From NCBI GenBank assembly GCA_964623205.1, contig CAZUQX010000005.1, positions 43,826 to 107,825 of the forward strand: a stretch of 64,000 nucleotides of DNA, written 5' to 3'. The stretch is from an uncultured Candidatus Bathyarchaeia archaeon. Its GTDB lineage: Archaea; Thermoproteota; Bathyarchaeia; Bathyarchaeales; Bathyarchaeaceae. Positions 19,721-29,482 of the stretch are shown here, one piece after another (the stretch's first letter is position 1; every line of letters begins with the position of its first letter). The position numbers and the translations under genes are program-made. Below the pieces are notes generated by a model. It was not told the origin of the DNA. It searched no databases and saw nothing but the letters and a program-made list of their open reading frames with translations.

Positions 19721-20338
19721 ATGCATAGAGCCTTCGAACCTACAACGGGACGATTGAGAATGGACCCAAAAAAGATAGCATTCATGTCTTTAATGGGAGC
19801 CCTTGCAAACATCCTATTCCTGGTCTCATATCATGTAGGGCCTATCACTCAAGGAGTTTCACTTGATCTTTCCCTTTTAACGGTGTTCATAGCAGCCCTA
19901 TATGGAGGACCCGCAACAGGCTTTATCACAGGATTATTCGCTGGAATCTTTCCAGGGATTTACTACGGACCTTTAGGTACCGGTTCTTGGCTTGGTCTAA
20001 TAGGACTACCCATCGGAAAGGCGCTAACTGGACTTACAGCAGGTTTGCTCTATAAAGGTCTTGGTATGGATCAGAGGCATCGGAAATCAGTTTTGACCGT
20101 TCCTTTGATACTTGTTTCCTACATTCCAGAGTTTATCTATACAATAGCCTATTTTGTAACTCTATTACCCTATTTTATAGGAGGCGGTGGCTTCAGCATA
20201 CTTGTTTTCGTGTTACCGAAAGCATGGGCGGAAATACTCGTTATGAGCTTTTTCATGGCTGCTCTAGTGGGAAACCGTGGCTTCAGCACTTTTATCACCA
20301 ACTTCTTTGTCAGTTACGGAACTAAATCGAAATCTTGA
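19721..20338 (+). CDS. ECF-transporter S-component-like membrane protein
   Basis: N-terminal A.M.AL helix, D.S, YGGP..G, six TM helices; start probably 19760. Confidence 0.65.
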   Translation: MHRAFEPTTGRLRMDPKKIAFMSLMGALANILFLVSYHVGPITQGVSLDLSLLTVFIAALYGGPATGFITGLFAGIFPGIYYGPLGTGSWLGLIGLPIGKALTGLTAGLLYKGLGMDQRHRKSVLTVPLILVSYIPEFIYTIAYFVTLLPYFIGGGGFSILVFVLPKAWAEILVMSFFMAALVGNRGFSTFITNFFVSYGTKSKS

Positions 20339-20590
20339 TCCTACTGAAAGCAGTCGATATTACGTGTCACCGCAAATAGTTCTCGACATCGACACCATCA
20401 ATGATCTACAACACTTAGTTTCGCTGAAAGCCAAGCAGACGCTTGCATAAAAAGCATTAGAAAAACTGGATTAACCAGCAACTTTGAGACTTCTTCATAA
20501 CCAAGAAAACTGTTGCAACAGATTCATTGCATTTTTTTGGAAAAAATTTTAATGAGGCAACCTTGTCTTTATCTTGAGTGAATTTCATTT

Positions 20591-21841
20591 ATGGCAGAAG
20601 CGCTAAAAAAAGGACTTAATGATCTTGGGGAATGGGTGGAGAAAGAAACTGTTTCTATAGTTGAACCCCTGAGGGCGGAGGCGAGAAAGCTACTTGAAGA
20701 TACAGAAGGCAAGCTTGCTGATCTTTTAGAGGCTAGTGAAAAACTGTTAGAGGATGCAGAGAAAGAGTTAGCAAAAGGCAGCCGCAAAACATACCGCCGA
20801 GCAAAATTCCTCCAAAAAATCTCTGGAAACTTTGCTAATCTAATAGATGGCATCAATATCCCCGATGAAATCTCTGGGGAAAGCCTTCATCAGGCTTCTA
20901 AAGAAATAGAAAAGATACTTGAAACAATAAGCCAAGAGAGAATGAAATATTTCCGCGCTATCGCACCTTACTTCATAATTTCTCGTCGAAGATTTGATGT
21001 AGCCTTAAAGAGGGCAGTTGATACATCTCGAAATCTTCAAACCTTTACCTCAGAAGAGTATGCTAAAGCTGAGAGTGCTGAAGGTGTTGCTTCTAGGATT
21101 GAAGAGCTACGTCAATCTTTAATGGAGTTAAATGAAGCGGAAAAGGCTAAAGAAACGAGAGAGCTGAGACGAGAACTTCTTGAGAAGAAGATAGCCGAAA
21201 ATCAACAGAACATGCGGGCAATACAGAGCAAAGATGCGGTAGTTGAATTCGCTCAAATAAACGCGAGAATTAAAGAGTTGGATGAAAACGTAAAACACGA
21301 CTTGCGACATCTGCAAAAACCCTTTCTGAAATTCCAAACTCTAGTTAACAGCCCAGGTTACAGTCTTTCCCCAGAAGCGACACAGAAGCTTGACGAATAC
21401 CTGAGGAACCCCTTTAAGGCCTTGGCAACAGAGAAGGAAGGCTATCCTCTCCTCAGAAATATTCTTCAAAAGATTGAGGACGCTATGGAAAAGGGTAAAC
21501 TGAAGCTGAAGAAGACTCGCTTGAGAAAGGCGAAAGATCAGATAGATAACATTCTCAACAAAACCGCTCTGCTCTCTCTTCATCAGAATTGCAGAGAAGC
21601 CTTCAACAAAAAAAGCCAGTTAGCAACATCTGGTGCAATAGGCGAGATTAGAAACAAGAGAGAAACGCTGCAGAAAAACTTGAAAGACTTGCAACGAAAA
21701 AAGAGACTCCTCGAAACTAGAGAAGCTGCTCTGGAGAAGGAAAACCAGCAGGTACGCGCTAGAGTTGAAGAGCAGAAAAAAGAATTGAAAAGAGTGGTTT
21801 TTGAACTGACCAGCCAGAATGTTAAAATTATCATAGATTAG
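20591..21841 (+). CDS. Hypothetical coiled-coil protein
   Basis: 416-aa E/K/L-rich heptad ORF. Confidence 0.75.
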   Translation: MAEALKKGLNDLGEWVEKETVSIVEPLRAEARKLLEDTEGKLADLLEASEKLLEDAEKELAKGSRKTYRRAKFLQKISGNFANLIDGINIPDEISGESLHQASKEIEKILETISQERMKYFRAIAPYFIISRRRFDVALKRAVDTSRNLQTFTSEEYAKAESAEGVASRIEELRQSLMELNEAEKAKETRELRRELLEKKIAENQQNMRAIQSKDAVVEFAQINARIKELDENVKHDLRHLQKPFLKFQTLVNSPGYSLSPEATQKLDEYLRNPFKALATEKEGYPLLRNILQKIEDAMEKGKLKLKKTRLRKAKDQIDNILNKTALLSLHQNCREAFNKKSQLATSGAIGEIRNKRETLQKNLKDLQRKKRLLETREAALEKENQQVRARVEEQKKELKRVVFELTSQNVKIIID

Positions 21842-21943
21842 CTGCAAAGTTGATTCTATGCTAGGAGCCTCTGTATATTCTGTAAACCTTTATTTAGTAG
21901 GATACTAAACTAGCCTTTCAAAAAATGACCGATGTGAGGCGAC

Positions 21944-22396
21944 ATGCAGGGGGATCGAATTGACCAGATTATCGATAAATATGTGGATGAAGAGGGTATT
22001 TTAATCCAGTTACTCTTAGATATTCAGCGTGAGTTTAATTGGATACCAAAGGAAGCGATAAAAAGAATAAGTGAGAGGCTCAAGATTCCTTACAGTCAAA
22101 TATTTCGGGTTGCAAGTTTTTACACTGCGCTAAGCTTGGAGCCTATTGGTCGTCATCTTGTTAGAGTTTGCGTCGGTACTGCTTGTTATGTTCGAGGAGG
22201 ACCAAGAATTCTGGATTCCCTCGAGATTAAATTAGGAATAAAATCCGGTGAGACAACAAAGGATGGTAAGTTCACCTTGAAGACCGTTAATTGTTTGGGT
22301 TGCTGCGCTCTGGGGCCTGTTATTGAAATAGATAGGCAATATTTTGGAAAGCTCAATTCCGCAAAGCTCGAGAAATTGCTAGCTAGCTATGATTAA
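21944..22396 (+). CDS. NuoE/HydC-like 2Fe-2S subunit
   Basis: VASFY, CVGTAC, CLGCCALGP. Confidence 0.9.
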   Translation: MQGDRIDQIIDKYVDEEGILIQLLLDIQREFNWIPKEAIKRISERLKIPYSQIFRVASFYTALSLEPIGRHLVRVCVGTACYVRGGPRILDSLEIKLGIKSGETTKDGKFTLKTVNCLGCCALGPVIEIDRQYFGKLNSAKLEKLLASYD

Positions 22397-22414
22397 CAGA
22401 AGAAGTGAAGAGTT

Positions 22415-24349
22415 ATGAAACCATTAAAATCTCCTTCTGATCTGGAAAAGCTCCGGAAGGATATACTTGCTAAAAAAAATCCTAAGAGGTTGGCCATTGC
22501 AGCATGTGTAAGTACAGGCTGTCAGGCTCTTGGTGTCCAAAAAGTCCTTGAAGCGTTTAATGAGGAAATCAAGAAGCATTGCTTGGAAGGAAAGGTGGAC
22601 ATCAAAGAGACTGGGTGCTTGGGTTTCTGCGAAAAGGGTCCAAGAATAGTCATCTATCCTGAAGAGATTTACTACTTCCAAGTACAGGCAAAAGATGTAC
22701 CCGAAATCGTATCGAAGACTTTGATTAAAAACGAAATTGTTGAAAGATTACTTTACACGGACTCAATCACTGGCAAAAAAGCACTCCATCTCTCTGATGT
22801 TCCATTCTATAAGTATCAAAACAGACTTCTTCTGGAAAGCAACAGTAAACTCGACCCAAAGAAGATAGAGGATTATCTAGCAATCGACGGTTACACCGCG
22901 TTACCAAAAGCTCTCTTCCAAATGACCCCAGAGCAAGTAATGAACGAAGTAAAGGACTCCAAGCTTCGGGGTCGGGGTGGAGGTGGTTTCCCAACCTACA
23001 TAAAATGGGAATCCTCCAGAAATGCTCCGGGAGAACCCAAATATGTCATCGTGAACTGTGACGAAGGCGATCCAGGAGCTTTCATGAACCGGGCACTGAT
23101 GGAAGGTAATCCTCACTCAATCCTTGAGGGGCTCATCATAGGGGCTTATGCGATAGGCTCCCATGAGGGATTTATCTATGTGCGTCAAGAGTATCCTCTC
23201 GCAGTAGAGAATATGGAGATGGCCATTAAACAAGCAGAAAAACTGAGACTCTTGGGTGAAGACATCCTTGGTTCGGGATTTGACTTTAAGGTTAAGATAC
23301 ATAGGGGAGCGGGTGCTTTTGTGTCCGGTGAGTCAAGCGCTCTAATGACTGCAATAGAGGGAAAAGTGGGCGAGCCAAGGCCAAAATATGTCCACACGTC
23401 CGAAAAAGGAGTTTGGGACAAGCCGAGCGCACTGAATAATGTTGAGACATGGGCTAACATACCCCTTATAATCAACAAGGGCGCTGAATGGTTTGCATCA
23501 ATTGGAACCGAAGGCAGCAAAGGCACCAAAATATTTGCGTTAGCAGGTAAAGTAAGCAACACTGGTTTAGTAGAGGTTCCATTTGGCGTATCATTAAGGG
23601 ATATTATCTACAAAATTGGTGGCGGAATCCGAAATGGAAAGAAATTCAAGGGGGTTCAAACTGGCGGTCCCTCTGGAGGCATCATCCCTGAGCAGCACTT
23701 AGATTCTCCTGTTGATTTTGACGAACTTACCAAGCTAGGTTCAATGATGGGCTCTGGCGGGATGATCGTAATGGACGAAGACACATGTATGGTAGAATTA
23801 GCCCGCTACTTTGTCAACTTCTTATGTGACGAGTCCTGCGGAAAGTGTACGCCTTGTCGGGAAGGATTAAGACAAGCCAGTATAATCTTGAACAGGATCA
23901 TTAGCGGTAAAGGAACAGAGGAAGATATAGAAAAACTTGGAAAAATCGCAGAGGTAACCAGCGTTGCTTCCCTATGCGCATTAGGAACAACATCTGCGAA
24001 TCCACTATTAACCACCATTCGATACTTCAAACACGAATACGAAGCACATATTAATGAAAAAAGATGCCCAGCACTAGTCTGTAAGAACCTTACATCTTAT
24101 TATATTGACCCGGAAAAATGCCAAGCATGCATGATTTGTCACAGAAACTGTCCAGTTGATGCGATAATCGGAGAGAAGATGAAAATTCACGTCATTGATC
24201 AAACCAAATGCATCAAGTGCGGAAGTTGCTATGACCTGTGTCCGCCTAGATTCCAAGCAGTGAAAAAAATATCGGGTGAACCAGTTCCTCCGCCCATTCC
24301 AGAAGAAGAGAGACTGATCAAAAGAGTGAGGAAAGGGAAGCAAAAATAA
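22415..24349 (+). CDS. NuoF/HydB-like FMN/NAD(P)H subunit with N-terminal 2Fe-2S and C-terminal 2x[4Fe-4S]
   Basis: GRGGGGFP, NCDEGDPGAFM, GESSAL, NNVET, GGPSGG, CGKCTPCREG, two CxxCxxCxxxCP. Confidence 0.92.
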   Translation: MKPLKSPSDLEKLRKDILAKKNPKRLAIAACVSTGCQALGVQKVLEAFNEEIKKHCLEGKVDIKETGCLGFCEKGPRIVIYPEEIYYFQVQAKDVPEIVSKTLIKNEIVERLLYTDSITGKKALHLSDVPFYKYQNRLLLESNSKLDPKKIEDYLAIDGYTALPKALFQMTPEQVMNEVKDSKLRGRGGGGFPTYIKWESSRNAPGEPKYVIVNCDEGDPGAFMNRALMEGNPHSILEGLIIGAYAIGSHEGFIYVRQEYPLAVENMEMAIKQAEKLRLLGEDILGSGFDFKVKIHRGAGAFVSGESSALMTAIEGKVGEPRPKYVHTSEKGVWDKPSALNNVETWANIPLIINKGAEWFASIGTEGSKGTKIFALAGKVSNTGLVEVPFGVSLRDIIYKIGGGIRNGKKFKGVQTGGPSGGIIPEQHLDSPVDFDELTKLGSMMGSGGMIVMDEDTCMVELARYFVNFLCDESCGKCTPCREGLRQASIILNRIISGKGTEEDIEKLGKIAEVTSVASLCALGTTSANPLLTTIRYFKHEYEAHINEKRCPALVCKNLTSYYIDPEKCQACMICHRNCPVDAIIGEKMKIHVIDQTKCIKCGSCYDLCPPRFQAVKKISGEPVPPPIPEEERLIKRVRKGKQK

Positions 24350-24353
24350 GGGG

Positions 24354-25802
24354 TTGAAACGAATGGAAGGCGGTGAAAAAGAAATCACGATGCAGATTGA
24401 CAGTATAGATGTCAATGCCAAAGAAGGAACAAGCATCTATGATGTCGCAAAGAAAGTTGGCATAAAAATTCCTACACTCTGTCATAATGAGGCTCTTGAA
24501 CCTTTTGGGGCTTGCCGTGTCTGTTCGGTGGAAATTACTGACAAGCGAGGAAGGAAAAAGATTGTAACTTCATGCAATTATCCGGTTTTCGATGGGCTCG
24601 TAGTTGAGACAAAATCTGAAAAGGTTTTCAGAACCCGTCAACTGCTTCTTGAGCTGTTGCTTGCTCGATGTCCAAATGCTAAGAAGATTCAGGATTTGGC
24701 AAGGGAATATGGCATTGAGAAGCCAAGTTTTTGGGTAGGTGATCCAGAGGAGGATTGTATCCTCTGCGGCTTGTGCGCTCGCGTCTGTGAAGAAAAAGTT
24801 GGCGTTTCTGCTATCAATTTTGCGAATCGAGGCGTGGAACGAGAAGTTACTGCTCCCTATCACACAATATCCGATGATTGCGTGGGATGCGGTGCATGTG
24901 CTATTATATGTCCAACAGACTCGAAAAAAGTCAGAATAAACACCTATCCCATGCTAGAGGAGGACATCAGGGAAGCAGAGGAACAGTTTCTGAACGGAAC
25001 ACGAGATGAACTCTTAGGCGTTTATAAAGAGATTTTTGCAGCAAAAAGCACTATTGACGGGCAAGACGGAGGAATGGCTACTGCTCTACTCCTTTCAGGA
25101 TTTGAAAAAGGTCTGTTTGATGCCGCTATTGTCGTTAAGAGAACAGTGGGGTACAAAGCAGAGGCAGTTATCGCAGAGACAGCTGATGAAATACTGAATG
25201 CTCGAAGAACGAAATATTCACGGGTTAAGATGATGTCAAAAATCGGGGAGATGGTGGAGAAAGGCAAAAGAAAGATTGCCTTTGTTGGTACCCCATGCGA
25301 GATTCGAACAGGAAGAAAAATTCAGCAGCAACTACTGAGTAAATATCCTGACCTAAAGATTACCATAGTGGGGTTATTCTGTTTTGAAGCCTTTGATTAC
25401 GAGAAGCTGAAGGAAGCGACACAGCGTTTGTTGGGCGTTGATTTGGACAAGGCAGAAAAAACTCAAATCCAGAAAGGGAAGTTCATAGTGCAGATTGATG
25501 GAAACGAATATTCTGCGAAGGTAAAGGAGTTCCACGATGCAATTCAAGGCGGATGTGCTTATTGTAACGACTTCGCTGGCAGAATCGCTGATGTTTCTGT
25601 TGGTTCAGTGGGAAGCGATGATGGTTATTCAACAGTGATAGTGCGGTCAGATACAGGAAAAAGGCTTCTGGAGAACGCTGATTGCATCAAAGGAGATGTA
25701 AACGTAGAAGACGTTGTCAAACTGGCTAAATTCAAAAAGAGCAGAGCAGACAAGAATTTTTCGCCCATTATCGAAGGGGCACAAAACTACAAGGAATCAT
25801 AG
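24354..25802 (+). CDS. NuoG/HydA-like Fe-S N-terminus fused to an FrhB-type F420-binding domain
   Basis: IPTLC..GACRVC..SC; CILCGLCARVC; CVGCGACAIICP; then GQDGG, VGTPC, GLFC, CAYCND, ADVSVG. Confidence 0.85.
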   Translation: MKRMEGGEKEITMQIDSIDVNAKEGTSIYDVAKKVGIKIPTLCHNEALEPFGACRVCSVEITDKRGRKKIVTSCNYPVFDGLVVETKSEKVFRTRQLLLELLLARCPNAKKIQDLAREYGIEKPSFWVGDPEEDCILCGLCARVCEEKVGVSAINFANRGVEREVTAPYHTISDDCVGCGACAIICPTDSKKVRINTYPMLEEDIREAEEQFLNGTRDELLGVYKEIFAAKSTIDGQDGGMATALLLSGFEKGLFDAAIVVKRTVGYKAEAVIAETADEILNARRTKYSRVKMMSKIGEMVEKGKRKIAFVGTPCEIRTGRKIQQQLLSKYPDLKITIVGLFCFEAFDYEKLKEATQRLLGVDLDKAEKTQIQKGKFIVQIDGNEYSAKVKEFHDAIQGGCAYCNDFAGRIADVSVGSVGSDDGYSTVIVRSDTGKRLLENADCIKGDVNVEDVVKLAKFKKSRADKNFSPIIEGAQNYKES

Positions 25803-25922
25803 AGCCTTTCTCGGATTATCGGAGGGTGCTCCTCATTTTCTTAGTTTAATGACTTAGTCTAATCCGTAACTGTGCTCTTTCAAAGCATATTTTAGGGTGT
25901 GCCACCATTTTAGAGCTAAAGA

Positions 25923-26873
25923 TTGGTGAGGAAACTGGCTTCTCACGTTGAAAGTTCTTCCAATCTAGCTAAATTGGCTATGGAATCGAATATCGAGGAG
26001 TTTCTCCAACTCACCACGAAAACCTCTCAGCTTTTGGCTAAAGAAAACGGAAGAGTTGGAAGCCTACGAATAACCGGGAGACTCGTTGAAGCGCCGCCAG
26101 TCGGAGAAGCGATTGTTGTTGGAGACCTGCATGGAGACCTGAAAAGTCTATTGTATATCTTGGAAGCCAGCAATTTTCTATTTAAGGCGCAGAGTAAGGA
26201 AGATGTTCTGCTAATTTTTCTTGGAGATTACGGAGACCGCGGCTCTAATTGTCCTGAAGTCTATTATGTTGTCTTGAATCTTAAGGAACTGTTTCCTGAG
26301 CGCGTCGTCTTGATGAGGGGAAACCATGAAGGTCCCCCTGACCTACTTGCCTCTCCCCACGACCTGCCAATTCACATGAACCAGAAATTCGGTGAGAGGG
26401 GTTCAGAAGCTTATTTGAAGGTTCGAGAGCTTTTCAATCATCTGTACACGGCTGTACTCATAAAAGGGAGATATATTTTCCTTCATGGAGGAGCTCCAAG
26501 CGGAGCCATCAACGTTAATGATATCGCTTATGCCCATGAAAAGCATCCGCGAGAGCGCCATCTTGAGGAAATCTTGTGGAGTGATCCTTGGGAGGGTATA
26601 AATGGAACAATCGCTTCGCCTAGGGGAGCTGGTAGGCTTTTCGGTGAAGACATCACAAACAAGCTTCTACAAATGCTTGATGTCAAAGTATTGATTAGAG
26701 GACACGAATCGAGTAAAGAAGGATACAAAATAAACCACAGCGGAAAAGTGTTAACTCTCTTTTCGAGGAAAGGTCCCCCCTACCAGAATAAATTTGGAGC
26801 CTTCTTACACTTCGGCATCTCACAAAAAGTAGAAAACCCAAAGCAACTTCTGCAAGGAATCCATAAATTTTAG
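25923..26873 (+). CDS. PPP-family Ser/Thr protein phosphatase
   Basis: GDLHG, GDYGDRG, RGNHE, HGG, LWSDP, SPRGAG, RGHE. Confidence 0.9.
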   Translation: MVRKLASHVESSSNLAKLAMESNIEEFLQLTTKTSQLLAKENGRVGSLRITGRLVEAPPVGEAIVVGDLHGDLKSLLYILEASNFLFKAQSKEDVLLIFLGDYGDRGSNCPEVYYVVLNLKELFPERVVLMRGNHEGPPDLLASPHDLPIHMNQKFGERGSEAYLKVRELFNHLYTAVLIKGRYIFLHGGAPSGAINVNDIAYAHEKHPRERHLEEILWSDPWEGINGTIASPRGAGRLFGEDITNKLLQMLDVKVLIRGHESSKEGYKINHSGKVLTLFSRKGPPYQNKFGAFLHFGISQKVENPKQLLQGIHKF

Positions 26874-26975
26874 GCTTAAATCCTAAATCATATTTGGAGT
26901 CTATTAACAGCGGTATGTTGAAAACCAGTCTTTTTCTCAATTTCTGGTTGATGGAACTGGAGCTTTATGTGAAGA

Positions 26976-27626
26976 CTAGTTTGTGTTTCTTAGCAGTTTG
27001 ATGGCTGCCATTTTTGCCCCGATTTCTGCAATTTCTCTGTTTTCTCCGCTTCCCACTATGATGACGTCGTTTTCTTTTGGTTTAAATTTGGTCACTAATT
27101 GGTTGTGCAGAGAAGGCATGCTTACGGAAATGTCATCCTCACGAGTAGGCATAGATAACTTGTTGCTGGAAAAAATCAGGGTGGTTGCTCCTGACGCTCC
27201 GCTCTTAATCGCTACATCTCTCTGTTCCATACCACTCTTCACTGCTCGAGCTGAGTCCCTGACAAGAATCGCAACGTTAAAGGGTCCAACCGTCAGGCGG
27301 CTGCTGGGAACCTCCACTCCTTCGCTGAGCTTACCGCGCAGATTAGAAAACAGTGCCTTTCCCTCCTCAGAGAGAGAAATTCCCCTTCTTGAACCCTGAA
27401 TTATTCCCTCATTTTTCAGGTGTTTCAGAAGGGTTCTCGTTGTGCCCTCCCCCAAATCAAGTTCCTTAGACAGCCTTATTCTGCCCACGCTTCCGTGATC
27501 CCCAATTATTTCCAACGCCTTAACTACGTGAGCTTCATTAAATGCTGGAGCAGGTCCAGGCGCAATCTTTCGCGTAACCCTCTCAATATCCTCTAATAAC
27601 TTCAATGCCGAAATCCCACTCCACAC
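26976..27626 (-). CDS. wHTH protein (DUF4443-like)
   Basis: GR..LS..L.LGEG..RT; G.EQRD.A...GA.GA. Confidence 0.75.
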   Translation of the reverse strand: MWSGISALKLLEDIERVTRKIAPGPAPAFNEAHVVKALEIIGDHGSVGRIRLSKELDLGEGTTRTLLKHLKNEGIIQGSRRGISLSEEGKALFSNLRGKLSEGVEVPSSRLTVGPFNVAILVRDSARAVKSGMEQRDVAIKSGASGATTLIFSSNKLSMPTREDDISVSMPSLHNQLVTKFKPKENDVIIVGSGENREIAEIGAKMAAIKLLRNTN

Positions 27627-27656
27627 TAACTTATTACAAGAAACTGTTTATAACTT

Positions 27657-28325
27657 TTGGAACAATTAAGCATGTACCACCACAAAGCTTGTAAAAACTA
27701 CAGAAACCCTTTATTAAACCATGTGAGGGAGAGTGAAAAAATCAAGAAAGTCATTTTGGTAACCGGCACTCCTGGCGTGGGAAAAACTACGGTTTCCCAG
27801 AAGTTAGCCTCTAAGCTTGGTGCACTTTACATAGGAATAACTGACCTCGTTAAGAAGGAGAAGTTAATCGCCAGCGTGGACGATGTTAGAAGAACGTTGA
27901 TTGCAGACACAGAAAAAGTGTCAAAACGAGTGCAAGAAATCCTCGAGTCTTCCAAGGGCAACATCGTAATTGAGGGTCACTACGCTGTTGATGTCGTATC
28001 AAAGAAAGAGGTGAACACAGTTTTTGTCCTCAGACGTGATCCCACCGAGCTCATGGGTGTACTGGAGAAGCGCGGATTTGAGGGAAAGAAGCTCTGGGAG
28101 AATCTAGCCGCCGAAATATTGGATGTTTGCCTATTAGACGCCCTATCAGCTTGTGGCGCAGATAAAGTTTGCGAGATAGACGTTAGCGGTAAAACAGTAG
28201 AGCAGGTGGTGGAAGAGATAGTTTTGGTGCTGGAAAAAAGAAAAGTTTGCCGGTCCGGAATAGTTGATTGGTTAGGAAAACTGGAGAATGAAGGACGACT
28301 TGGAGAGTTTCTGAGAGATTTCTGA
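27657..28325 (+). CDS. Adenylate kinase AK6/Fap7 family
   Basis: TGTPGVGKTT, IEGH, LR...L..RG...K..EN..AE; true start probably ~27723. Confidence 0.9.
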   Translation: MEQLSMYHHKACKNYRNPLLNHVRESEKIKKVILVTGTPGVGKTTVSQKLASKLGALYIGITDLVKKEKLIASVDDVRRTLIADTEKVSKRVQEILESSKGNIVIEGHYAVDVVSKKEVNTVFVLRRDPTELMGVLEKRGFEGKKLWENLAAEILDVCLLDALSACGADKVCEIDVSGKTVEQVVEEIVLVLEKRKVCRSGIVDWLGKLENEGRLGEFLRDF

Positions 28326-28328
28326 AGG

Positions 28329-28667
28329 TTACCCCATCATCCTTAGAATCTGCTGTTTTGATAGCAAAGTGATGCCGCGGCGGTTGGCGTAGGACTTGGC
28401 GTGACCGCTAAATTTTCCGGAGATGATTATGGGTTTGGGAAATCCAACGTCTTCCGCAGCTTTATCGATGTTTATGACCATGTTGACTCCAACGGTTCTC
28501 CTCCAATCTTTAATCCAAACTGAACGTTTCTCTCTGCCCTTCCGGAGAACCAAATCAAACTTGCGAGAAAGCCCAGATACACCTTCTAGAACAGCGTCTT
28601 TCTCTATTTTGTAGCCGTTTTGCCGAAAATATTTAACAGCAAGATTTGCTAAGGAAAACCGACTCAT
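28329..28667 (-). CDS. Small Mrr-like PD-(D/E)xK restriction-endonuclease-fold protein
   Basis: G.SG....FD, KDW...VG, F...A..YA...GI.L. Confidence 0.7.
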   Translation of the reverse strand: MSRFSLANLAVKYFRQNGYKIEKDAVLEGVSGLSRKFDLVLRKGREKRSVWIKDWRRTVGVNMVINIDKAAEDVGFPKPIIISGKFSGHAKSYANRRGITLLSKQQILRMMG

Positions 28668-28739
28668 TTATCTGCATCCTCTTACAGCACTTTAAGTCGT
28701 TCTAAGAAAAAGCTTTTCGCTATAAACGGGTGTACCTCA

Positions 28740-28928
28740 ATGTATGTGGTGGTTGTCTGTTACGGTTGCGGGCGATTTCTGCTGGCGAAGAGCACCTAAA
28801 AAACTAAAGGATGCCCATACTGTGAAACTCGGTTAAAAATAATTAAAACAAAAAAGGTTGCACACGTTAAAACTGTTCAAGAAGCATCAAACTACCTTCG
28901 TGCATTAAAAAGAAAAGGGAACAGCTGA
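28740..28928 (+). pseudogene. Zn-ribbon (DUF1922-like) gene with internal TAA
   Basis: MYVVVVCYGCGRFLLAKST*KTKGCPYCE...; TAA at 28797-99 lies between the two CxxC knuckles, frame otherwise open. Confidence 0.7.
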
Positions 28929-29095
28929 ATACACGAAGAAACTGGTTGATTCTTCAAGATAAAACTGTTCAATCTGTGATTTTTTAAGGTTGTTTGGACC
29001 TTGGAATGGGGTAATTAAAGGTAATGTGGTTTAGTGAGGCACAAGATTTAATATTGTATGTAAGCATTTGTTTCTGGTAACGTGGAGGTCCAAAT

Positions 29096-29443
29096 ATGAA
29101 AGATAATGCGCTAACTATCGCATATGCCATCCTTATAACAGGCATCGTCTTACTAGCCTTCACTTTCATAAGCGCCTACATATTCCTCGTCAACAACCAA
29201 CCCATCACGGCATCAGCAGACCTAATAGACACTTTTGGCGATTCCTTGGCTCCCCTGATTGAAGCGTCCATTCGAATAATGTTTCTCGGAGTCATGGGAT
29301 GGATAAGCGCGATACTAACATCACGAGGAGTACAGCTTCTTACACAACTCAAACGCCTAGCCACCATCAAAGTCCAGTCAATGACTCCCGCAGTCACGGA
29401 ACCCGTGAAACCTTCAAAAGCCAAAAAAACTGGTAAATCTTAG
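29096..29443 (+). CDS. Two-TM membrane protein
   Basis: Hydrophobic helices; GGAGGT RBS. Confidence 0.75.
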   Translation: MKDNALTIAYAILITGIVLLAFTFISAYIFLVNNQPITASADLIDTFGDSLAPLIEASIRIMFLGVMGWISAILTSRGVQLLTQLKRLATIKVQSMTPAVTEPVKPSKAKKTGKS

Positions 29444-29482
29444 TCGGGTAAACTGAGGCCACAGTGAAGGAAAGCAGAATAG

